Part shown: one piece after another, positions 52,433 through 64,000 of the stretch
Position numbering within the stretch: the stretch's first letter is position 1
Layout: the number at the start of each line of letters is the position of its first letter
NCBI RefSeq assembly: GCF_009834535.1
Contig: NC_045697.1
Location: 120,406,001-120,470,000, forward strand
Length of the DNA: 64,000 bases
DNA from: Camelus ferus
Lineage: Eukaryota
Direction: 5' to 3'
Program-made: the position numbers and the translations under genes
The notes under the pieces: model-generated
What the model was told of the DNA's origin: nothing
The model's database searches: none
What the model saw: only the letters and a program-made list of their open reading frames with translations

Positions 52433-55400
52433 CCCTTGCTGTGACATTCCATGTTCCAAAAACGTTACATGCATCACGGATTTGAAAAAACTTCATTACA
52501 GAGTTTTAGCATGTGGATAACCGAACTTCCTTCACCATACAAGGCATATTTACACTTAGAAACATTACTCTGATTTCCCAGCTTTTTTTTAGGCCAGTTT
52601 CGAAAATGAGGCAGAATGTTCAGAAAAATCATCTTGATGCAAGTCCCTAAAAAATAGACATGTAGCTTACTTAGTTTTCCTCACCGTAAACATTCCGTGT
52701 TCTGAACACGTTACATGAATCACGGATTCGAACAAACTTCATTACTGAGTTATGAGCATGTGGATTAACGGTCTTTCATCCACCATAGAAGGCATATACA
52801 CACCTAGAAACATTTACTCTGATTTCTCAACTTTTTCCTAAGGCCAGTTTTCACAATGAGGCAAAATGCAGAGAAAATGCTCTTGGAGCCAGTTCTACCA
52901 AACAGATATTTAATTAACATAGTTTCCCTCACTGTGAAATTCTGATTTCCAAACACACTACATGCATTACGAATTCGAAAAAACATTCATTACTGAGTTG
53001 TGAGCATGTGGTTTAATGATCTTTCAATCACCTTACAAGGCATATTTACACCTAGAAACATTTAATCTGATTTTGCAGCTTTTTCCTAAGGCCAGTTTCG
53101 AAAATGAGGCAGAATGTGCAGGAATTAACTTTGCGCAAGTTCTACAAAAGAGAAATGTAATTTACATAGTTTTCTTCAAAGTAATATTCCGTGTTCCGAA
53201 CACATTTCATGCATCATTGATTCGACAAACATTAATTATAGAGTTGAGATCATGTGGATTATAGAACTTTCATCCACCAAACAAGGCATATTTACACCTA
53301 GAAACATTTATGGTGATTTCATAGGTTTTCCTAAAGTCCAGTTTGAAAATGAGGCAGAATGCGCGGATAAATATACTTGGGGCGAGTTCTACCAAAGAGA
53401 CATGTACGGTACACTTTCACTCACTGTGACATTCCATGTTTCGAACACGTTACATGTTATACGGTTTCGACAAACATTGATTACTAAGTTGTGGGCTTGT
53501 GGATTAATGATCTTTTATTCACCATATAGGGCATATTTATACCTAGAATCATTTACAATTATTTTGCATCATTTGTCTTAGGCCAGCTTCAAAAATGAGG
53601 CAGAATGCCCAGAAAAATACACTTGGAGCGAGTTTCTACCCAATTGACATGCACGGTCCACTTTTTCTCACCGTGACATTCCATGATTCTGAACACGCTA
53701 TATGCATCACAGATTCGACAAACATTCATTACAGAGTTGTGAGCATGTGGATTTCAGAACTTTCATCCACCATACAATGGATTTTTACACGTAGAATTCT
53801 TTACAGTGATTTCGCAGCTTTCCTAAAGCCAATTTCTAAAATGGGGCTGAATGCAGAGAAAATACTCTCGGTGCGAGTTCTACCCAAGATGCATGTAATT
53901 TACATAATTTCCCACACTGTGACATCCCGTGATCCGAAAACTCTACATGCATTATGAATTCGACGCATTGATTAGGGTGTTGTGAGCATGTGGATTACCG
54001 GGACATTGATTCACGATACAGGGCATATTTACACCTAGATATTTACCCTGATTCACAGGATTTTCCTAAAGCCAGTTTTGAAAATGAGGCTGAATGTGCA
54101 GAAAAATACTCTTGGAGATTATTTCTACCCAATAGACATGTCATTTACATAGTTCCTTCACCGTGACAGTTCGTGTGTCGAAAACGCTACATGCATCCCG
54201 GATTCGACAAACATTCATTACTGAGTTATGAGCATGTGGATTAACGGTCTTTCATCCACCATAGAAGGCATATACACCTAGAAACATTTACTCTGATTTC
54301 TCATCTTTTTCCTAAGGCCAGTTTCCAAAATGAGGCAGAATGCACAGAAATCCTGTTGGAGCGAGCCCTAACCAAAGAGATATATTTACTATACTTTCCC
54401 TCACCGTGACATTCCGTGTTCTGAACACAATACATGCTTTACGAATTCGACAAAGATTCATTACGGAATTCTGAGCATGTGGATTAACGATCTTTCAATC
54501 ACCATACAAGGCATATTTACACCTAGATACTTTTACTGTGATTTCGCAGGTTTTTACCAAGGCCAGTTTCGAAAAAGCTGCCGAATGCGCAGAAAAATCC
54601 TCTTGGAGCGAGTTCTAACCAAGAGACATGTAATTTACATACTTTCCCACACTGTGATATCCCATGCTTCGATTACGCTACATGCACCACGATTTTGACA
54701 AACATTCATTACTGAGATATGAACATGTGGATTAACGATCTTTCAACCACCATACAAGGCATATTTACACCTAGAAAAATTTTCTCTGATTTATCCTCTT
54801 TTTTCTAGGGCCAGTTAATAAAATGAGGCAGAATGCACTGAAAAATACTCTTGGAGCGAGTTGTTCCCAGTAGACACGTACGGTACACTTTCACTCACCG
54901 TGAGATTCCATATTCTGGAAACAATACATACATTACCGATTGATAAACATTCATTACTGAGTTATGAGCATGAGGATTACAGAACTTTCATCCACCATAA
55001 AAGGCATAATTTCACCTAGAAAGAATTACATTGATTTATCAGGTTTTACCTAAACCCAGTCTAGAAAATGAGCAGAATAGACAGAAAATCCTCTAGTGCG
55101 AGTTCTACAAAATAGACATTGAACTTACATAGTTTCGCTCACCGTAACATTCCCTGTTCCAAACACACTATATGCATCACAGATTCGACAAACATTCATT
55201 ACAGTGTTGTGAGCATTTGGATAAAAGAACTTTCATCCACCGAAGAAGGCATATTTACACCTAGAAGCATTTACGGTGATTTCACATGTATTCCTAATGC
55301 CACTTTCGAAAATGGGGCAGAATGCACAGAAAAAAATACTCTTGGAGCGAGTTCTACCCAAGGAATATGTAATTTACATAGTTTTCACACACAGTGGACA

Positions 55401-58400
55401 TTCCGTGTTTTAATACGCTACAAGCATCCTCGGATTGACAAAACATTAATTACTGAGTTGTGAGCATGTGGATTACCGAACGTTCATCCACCATACAAGC
55501 CATATTTACACCAAGAACATTTACTCCAATTTCACAAATATTTCCTAAGGTCAGATTCGAAAATGAGGGCAGATTGCACAGAAAAATCCTCTTGGAACAT
55601 GTTCTATACAATAGATATTTAATTTACAAAGATTCCCTTGCTGTGACATTCCATGTTCCAAAAACGTTACATGCATCACGGATTTGAAAAACATTCATTA
55701 CAGAGTTTTTAGCATGTGGATAACCGAACTTTCCTTCACATACAAGGCATATTACACTTAGAAACATTTACTCTGATTTCCCAGCTTTTTTTTTAGGCCA
55801 GTTTCGAAAATGAGGCAGAATGTTCAGAAAAATCATCTTGATGCAAGTCCTAAAAAAGTAGACATGTAGCTTACTTAGTTTTCCTCACCGTAACATTCCG
55901 TGTTCTGAACACGTTACATGAATCACGGATTCGACAAACATTCATTACTGAGTTATGAGCATGTGGATTAACGGTCTTTCATCCACCATAGAAAGCATAT
56001 ACACAGCTAGAAACATTTACTCTGATTTCTCAACTTTTTCCTAAGGCCAGTTTTCACAATGAGGCAAATGCAGAGAAAAATGCTCTTGGAGCCAGTTCTA
56101 CCAAACAGATATTTAATTAACATAGTTTCCCTCACTGTGAAATTCTGATTTCCAAACACACTACATGCATTACGAATTCGAAAAAAACATTCATTACTGA
56201 GTTGTGAGCATGTGGTTTAATGATCTTTCAATCACCTTACAAGGCATATTTACACCTAGAAACATTTAATCTGATTTTGCAGCTTTTTCCTAAGGCCAGT
56301 TTCGAAAATGAGGCAGAATGTGCAGGAGAATTAACTTTGCGCAAGTTCTACAAAAGAGAAATGTAATTTACATAGTTTTCTTCAAAGTAATATTCCGTGT
56401 TCCGACACATTTCATGCATCATTGATTTCGACAACATTAATTATAGAGTTGAGATCATGTGGATTATAGAACTTTCATCCACCAAACAAGGCATATTTAC
56501 ACCTAGAAACATTTATGGTGATTTCATAGGTTTTCCTAAAGCCAGTTTTGAAAATGAGGCAGAATGCGCGGATAAATATACTTGGGGCGAGTTCTACCAA
56601 AGAGACATGTACGGTACACTTTCACTCACTGTGACATTCCATGTTTCGAACACGTTACATGTTATACCGTTTCGACAAACATTGATTACTAAGTTGTGGG
56701 CTTGTGGATTAATGATCTTTTATTCACCATATAGGGCATATTTATACCTAGAATCATTTACAATTATTTTGCATCATTTGTCTTAGGCCAGCTTCAAAAA
56801 TGAGGCAGAATGCCCAGAAAAATACACTTGGAGCGAGTTCAACCCAATTGACATGCACGGTACACTTTTTCTCACCGTGACATTCCATGTTCTGAACACG
56901 CTATATGCATCACAGATTCGACAAACATTCATTACAGAGTTGTGAGCATGTGGATTTCAGAACTTTCATCCACCATACAATGGATTTTTACACGTAGAAT
57001 TCCTTTACAGTGATTTCGCAGCTTTTCCTAAAGCCAATTTCTAAAATGGGGCTGAATGCAGAGAAAAATACTCTCGGTGCGAGTTCTACCCAAGATGCAT
57101 GTAATTTACATAATTTCCCACACCTGTGACATCCCGTGATCCGAAAAACTCTACATGCATTATGAATTCGACGCATTGATTAGGGTGTTGTGAGCATGTG
57201 GATTACCGGACATTGATTCACGATACAGGGCATATTTACACCTAGATATTTTACCCTGATTTCACAGGATTTTCCTAAAGGCCAGTTTTGAAAATGAGGC
57301 TGAATGTGCAGAAAAATACTCTTGGAGTTATTTCTACCCAATAGGACATGTCATTTCCATAGTTTCCTTCACCGTGACAGTTCATGTGTCGAAAACGCTA
57401 CATGCATCCCGGATTCGACAAACATTCATTACTGAGTTATGAGCATGTGGATAACGGTCTTTCATCCACCATAGAAGGCATATACACCATCCTAGAAACA
57501 TTTACTCTGATTTCTCATCTTTTTCCTAAGGCAGGCTTCCAAAATGAGGCAGAATGTACAGAAATGTCCTGTTGGAGGCGAGTCCCTAACCAAAAGATAT
57601 ATAATTTACATACTTTCCCTCACCGTGACATTCCGTGTTCTGAACACAATACATGCTTTACGAATTCGACAAAGATTCATTACGGAATTCTGAGCATGTA
57701 GATTAACGATCTTTCACTCACCATACAAGGGCATATTTACACCTAGATACTTTTACTGTGATTTCGCAGGGTTTTACCAAGGCCAGTTTCGAAAAAGCTG
57801 CCGAATGCGCAGAAAACTCCTCTTGGAGCGAGTTCTAACCAAGAGACATGTAATTTACATACTTTCCCACACTGTGATATCCCATGCTTCGATTACGCTA
57901 CATGCACCACGATTTTGACAAACATTTCATTACTGAGATATGAACATGTGGATTAACGATCTTTCAACCACCATACAAGGCATATTTACACCTAGAAAAT
58001 TTTCTCTGATTTATCCTCTTTTTTCTAGGGCCAGTTAATAAAATGAGGCAGAATGCACTGAAAAATACTCTTGGAGCGAGTTGTTCCCAGTAGACACGTA
58101 CGGTACACTTTCACTCACCGTGAGATTCCATATTCTGGAAACAATACATACATTACCGATTTGATAAACATTCATTACTGAGTTATGAGCATGAGGATTA
58201 CAGAACTTTCATCCACCATAAAAGGCATAATTTCACCTAGAAAGAATTACATTGATTTATCAGGTTTTACCTAAACCCAGTCTAGAAAATGAAGCAGAAT
58301 AGACAGAAAATCCTCTAGGTGCGAGTTCTACAAAATAGACATTGAACTTACATAGTTTCGCTCACCGTAACATTCCCTGTTCCAAACACACTATATGCAT

Positions 58401-61400
58401 CACAGATTCGACAAACATTCATTACAGTGTTGTGAGCATTTGGATAAAAGAACTTTCATCCACCGAAGAAGGCATATTTACACCTAGAAGCATTTACGGT
58501 GATTTCACATGTATTCCTAATGCCACTTTCGAAAATGGGGCAGAATGCACAGAAAAATACTCTTGGAGCGAGTTCTACCCAAGGAATATGTAATTTACAT
58601 AGTTTCACACACAGTGACATTCCGTGTTTTAAATACGCTACAAGCATCCCGGATTGACAAACATTAATTACTGAGTTGTGAGCATGTGGATTACCGAACG
58701 TTCATCCACCATACAAGCCATATTTACACCAAGAACATTTACTCCAATTTCACAAATATTTCCTAAGGTCAGATTCGAAAATGAGGCAGATTGCACAGAA
58801 AAATCCTCTTGGAACATGTTCTATACAATAGATATTTAATTTACAAAGATTCCCTTGCTGTGACATTCCATGTTCCAAAACGTTACATGCATCACGGATT
58901 TGAAAAACATTCATTACAGAGTTTTTAGCATGTGGATAACCGAACTTTCCTTCACCATACAAGGCATATTTACACTTAGAAACATTTACTCTGATTTCCC
59001 AGCTTTTTTTTAGGCCAGTTTCGAAAATGAGGCAGAATGTTCAGAAAATCATCTTGATGCAAGTCCTAAAAAATAGACATGTAGCTTACTTAGTTTTCCT
59101 CACCGTAACATTCCGTGTTCTGAACACGTTACATGAATCACGGATTCGACAAACATTCATTACTGAGTTATGAGCATGTGGATTAACGGTCTTTCATCCA
59201 CCATAGAAGGCATATACACAGCCTAGAAACATTTACTCTGATTTCTCAACTTTTTCCTAAGGCCAGTTTTCACAATGAGGCAAAATGCAGAGAAAAATGC
59301 TCTTGGAGCCAGTTCTACCAAACAGATATTTAATTAACATAGTTTCCCTCACTGTGAAATTCTGATTTCCAACACACTACATGCATTACGAATTCGAAAA
59401 AACATTCATTACTGAGTTGTGAGCATGTGGTTTAATGATCTTTCAATCACCTTACAAGGCATATTTACACCTAGAAACATTTAATCTGATTTTGCAGCTT
59501 TTTCCTAAGGCCAGTTTCGAAAATGAGGCAGAACATTTATGGTGATTTCATAGGTTTTCCTAAAGCCAGTTTGAAAATGAAGCAGAATGCGCGGATAAAT
59601 ATACTTGGGGCGAGTTCTACCAAAGAGACATGTACGGTACACTTTCACTCACTGTGACATTCCATGTTTCGAACACGTTACATGTTATACGGTTTCGACA
59701 AACATTGATTACTAAGTTGTGGGCTTGTGGATTAATGATCTTTTATTCACCATATAGGGCATATTTATACCTAGAATCATTTACAATTATTTTGCATCAT
59801 TTGTCTTAGGCCAGCTTCAAAATGAGGCAGAATGCCCAGAAAAATACACTTGGAGCGAGTTCTACCCAATTGACATGCACGGTTCACTTTTTCTCACCGT
59901 GACATTCCATGATCTGAACACGCTATATGCATCACAGATTCGACAAACATTCATTACAGAGTTGTGAGCATGTGGATTTCAGAACTTTCATCCACCATAC
60001 AATGTATTTTTACAAGTAGAATTCTTTACAGTGATTTCGCAGCTTTTCCTAAAGCCAATTTTCTAAAATGGGGTTGAATGCAGAGAAAAATACTCTCGGT
60101 GCGAGTTCTACCCAAGATGTATGTAATTTACATAATTTCCCACACTGTGACATCCCGTGATCCGAAAACTCTACATGCATTATGAATTCGACGCATTGAT
60201 TAGGGTGTTGTGAGCATGTGGATTACCGGACATTGATTCACGATACAGGGCATATTTACACCTAGATATTTTACCCTGATTTCACAGGATTTTCCTAAAG
60301 CCAGTTTTGAAAATGAGGCTGAATGTGCAGAAAAATACTCTTGGAGTTATTTCTTACCAAATAGACATGTCATTTACATAGTATCCTTCACCGTAACAGT
60401 TCATGTGTCGAAAACGCTACATGCATCCCGGATTCGACAAACATTCATTACTGAGTTATGAGCATGTGGATTAACGGTCTTTCATCCACCATAGAAGGCC
60501 TATACACAGCTAGAAACATTTACTCTGATTTCTCATCTTTTTCCTAAGGCCAGTTTCCAAAATGAGGCGGAATGCACAGAAATGTCCTTTTGGAGCGAGT
60601 CCTAACCAAAAGATATATAATTTACATACTTTCCCTCACCGTGACATTCCGTGTTCTGAACACAATACATGCTTTACGAATTCGACAAAGATTCATTATG
60701 GAATTCTGAGCATGTGGATTAACGATCTTTCAATCACCATACAAGGCATATTTACACCTAGATACTTTTACTGTGATTTCGCAGGTTTTTACCAAGGCCA
60801 GTTTCGAAAAAGCTGCCGAATGCGCAGAAAAATCCTCTTGGAGCGAGTTCTAACCAAGAGACATGTAATTTACATACTTTCCCACACTGTGATATCCCAT
60901 GCTTCGATTACGCTACATGCACCACGATTTTGACAAACATTCATTACTGAGATATGAACATGTGGATTAACGATCTTTCAACCACCATACAAGGCATATT
61001 TACACCTAGAAAAATTTTCTCTGATTTATCCTCTTTTTTCTAGGGCCAGTTAATTAAAATGAGGCAGAATGCACTGAAAAATACTCTTGGAGCGAGTTGT
61101 TCCCAGTAGACACGTACGGTACACTTTCACTCACCGTGAGATTCCATATTCTGGAAACAATACATACATTACCGATTTGATAAACATTCATTACTGAGTT
61201 ATGAGCATGAGGATTACAGAACTTTCATCCACCATAAAAGGCATAATTTCACCTAGAAAGAATTACATTGATTTATCAGGTTTTACCTAAACCCAGTCTA
61301 GAAAATGAAGCAGAATAGACAGAAAATCCTCTAGGTGCGAGTTCTACAAAATAGACATTGAACTTACATAGTTTCGCTCACCGTAACATTCCCTGTTCCA

Positions 61401-61867
61401 AACACACTATATGCATCACAGATTCGACAAACATTCATTACAGTGTTGTGAGCATTTGGATAAAAGAACTTTCATCCACCGAAGAAGGCATATTTACACC
61501 TAGAAGCATTTACGGTGATTTCACATGTATTCCTAATGCCACTTTCGAAAATGGGGCAGAATGCACAGAAAAATACTCTTGGAGCGAGTTCTACCCAAGG
61601 AATATGTAATTTACATAGTTTCACACACAGTGACATTCCGTGTTTTAAATACGCTACAAGCATCCCGGATTGACAAACATTAATTACTGAGTTGTGAGCA
61701 TGTGGATTACCGAACGTTCATCCACCATACAAGCCATATTTACACCAAGAACATTTACTCCAATTTCACAAATATTTCCTAAGGTCAGATTCGAAAATGA
61801 GGCAGATTGCACAGAAAAATCCTCTTGGAACATGTTCTATACAATAGATATTTAATTTACAAAGATT
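52433..61867 (+). repeat. Satellite B 13-mer HOR, three copies (3202, 3217 and 3016 bp; the last has a ~192 bp deletion)
   Basis: Each copy contains an extra monomer with the diagnostic TACATGCTTTACGAATTCGACAAAGATTCATTA (at ~54431, ~57650 and ~60666), which the 12-mers lack. Confidence 0.92.
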
Positions 61868-64000
61868 CCCTTGCTGTGACATTCCATGTTCCAAAAACGT
61901 TACATGCATCACGGATTTGAAAAACATTCATTACAGAGTTTTTAGCATGTGGATAACCGAACTTTCCTTCACCATACAAGGCATATTTACACTTAGAAAC
62001 ATTTACTCTGATTTCCCAGCTTTTTTTTTAGGCCAGTTTCGAAAATGAGGCAGAATGTTCAGAAAAATCATCTTGATGCAAGTCCTAAAAAGTAGACATG
62101 TAGCTTACTTAGTTTTCCTCACCGTAATATTCCGTGTTCTGAACACGTTACATGAATCATGGATTCGACAAACATTCATTACTGAGTTATGAGCATTTGG
62201 ATTAACGGTCTTTCATCCACCATAGAAGGCATATACACACCTAGAAACATTTACTCTGATTTCTCAACTTTTTCCTAAGGCCAGTTTTCACAATGAGGCA
62301 AAATGCAGAGAAAAATGCTCTTGGAGCCAGTTCTACCAAACAGATATTTAATTAACATAGTTTCCCTCACTGTGAAATTCTGATTTCCAAACACACTACA
62401 TGCATTACGAATTCGAAAAAACATTCATTACTGAGTTGTGAGCATGTGGTTTAATGATCTTTCAATCACCTTACAAGGCATATTTACACCTAGAAACATT
62501 TAATCTGATTTTGCAGCTTTTTCCTAAGGCCAGTTTCGAAAATGAGGCAGAATGTGCAGGAGAATTAACTTTGCGCAAGTTCTACAAAAGAGAAATGTAA
62601 TTTACATAGTTTTCTTCAAAGTAATATTCCGTGTTCCGAACACATTTCATGCATCATTGATTCGACAAACATTAATTATAGAGTTGAGATCATGTGGATT
62701 ATAGAACTTTCATCCACCAAACAAGGCATATTTACACCTAGAAACATTTATGGTGATTTCATAGGTTTTCCTAAAGCCAGTTTTGAAAATGAGGCAGAAT
62801 GCGCGGATAAATATAATTGGGGCGAGTTCTACCAAAGAGACATGTACGGTACACTTTCACTCACTGTGACATTCCATGTTTCGAACACGTTACATGTTAT
62901 ACGGTTTCGACAAACATTGATTACTAAGTTGTGGGCTTGTGGATTAATGATCTTTTATTCACCATATAGGGCATATTTATACCTAGAATCATTTACAATT
63001 ATTTTGCATCATTTGTCTTAGGCCAGCTTCAAAAATGAGGCAGAATGCCCAGAAAAATACACTTGGAGCGAGTTCTACCCAATTGACATGCACGGTACAC
63101 TTTTTCTCACCGTGACATTCCATGTTCTGAACACGCTATATGCATCACAGATTCGACAAACATTCATTACAGAGTTGTGAGCATGTGGATTTCAGAACTT
63201 TCATCCACCATACAATGTATTTTTACACGTAGAATTCTTTACAGTGATTTCGCAGCTTTTCCTAAAGCCAATTTCTAAAATGGGGCTGAATGCAGAGAAA
63301 AATACTCTCGGTGCGAGTTCTACCCAAGATGCATGTAATTTACATAATTTCCCACACTGTGACATCCCGTGATCCGAAAACTCTACATGCATTATGAATT
63401 CGACGCATTGATTAGGGTGTTGTGAGCATGTGGATAACCGGACTTTGATTCACGATACAGGGCATATTTACACCTAGATATTTTACCCTGATTTCACAGG
63501 ATTTTCCTAAAGCCAGTTTTGAAAATGAGGCTGAATATGCAGAAAAATACTCTTGGAGTTATTTCTACCCAATAGACATGTCATTTACATAGTTTCCTTC
63601 ACCGTGACATTTCGTGTGTCGAAAACGCTACATGCATCCCGGATTCGACAAACATTCATTACTGAGTTATGAGCATGTGGATTTACGATCTTTCAATCAC
63701 CATACAAGGCATATTTACACCCAGATACTTTTACTGTGATTTCGCAGGTTTTTACCAAGGCCAGTTTCGAAAAAGCTGCCGAATGCGCAGCAAAATCCTC
63801 TTGGAGCGAGTTCTAACCAAGAGACATGTAATTTGCATACTTTCCCACACTGTGATATCCCATGCTTCGATTATGCTACATGCACCACGATTTTGACAAA
63901 CATTCATTACTGAGATATGAACATGTGGATTAACGATCTTTCAACCACCATACAAGGCATATTTACACCTAGAAAAATTTTCTCTGATTTATCCTCTTTT
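61868..64000 (+). repeat. Satellite B 12-mer-type HOR copy, truncated by the window end
   Basis: At ~63670-63700 GAGCATGTGGATTTACGATCTTTCAATCACC follows directly, without the extra monomer. Confidence 0.88.

Larger units (their letters stand above)
43595..64000 (+). repeat. Satellite B: AT-rich tandem array of ~247 bp monomers in 12-mer and 13-mer HORs
   Basis: The motif TTCGACAAACATTCATTACTGAGTTRTGAGCATGTGGATT...AAGGCATATTTACACCTAGA...AAAATGAGGCAGAATG recurs every ~245-248 bp. The HOR marker CCCTTGCTGTGACATTCC occurs at 43595, 46541, 49480, 52433, 55635, 58852 and 61868. Confidence 0.97.

Noticed and set aside
1..64000. CRISPR-like regular spacing of conserved motifs
   Set aside because: The sequence between motifs is itself homologous between units, so there are no unique spacers. 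The period is ~250 bp and there are no cas genes.

Overview
This window is eukaryotic, probably vertebrate, pericentromeric or heterochromatic tandem-satellite DNA. I found no credible gene, RNA gene, transposon or CRISPR array, and the ORF track only reflects the repeat periodicity. Positions 1-43494 are satellite A, roughly balanced in GC, with a ~263-268 bp monomer in three alternating types (X, Y, Z; ~797 bp trimer). It is layered: a near-identical 8491-bp 32-monomer higher-order repeat (HOR) from 1 to ~18500, diverged 19-mer copies from ~18500 to 23800, then an older mosaic of trimers and relic HORs up to 43494. Positions 43495-43594 are a 100-N scaffold gap. Positions 43595-64000 are satellite B, AT-rich, with a ~247 bp monomer in 12-mer and 13-mer HOR variants (~2.95 and ~3.2 kb). 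The main result is that the nested history of both HORs can be read from the sequence. A: monomer > trimer > 11-mer > 19-mer (11+8) > 32-mer (19+13). B: ~6-mer duplication > 13-mer > 12-mer. All comparisons were made by eye, boundaries marked ~ are approximate, and I could not identify the species or repeat family.
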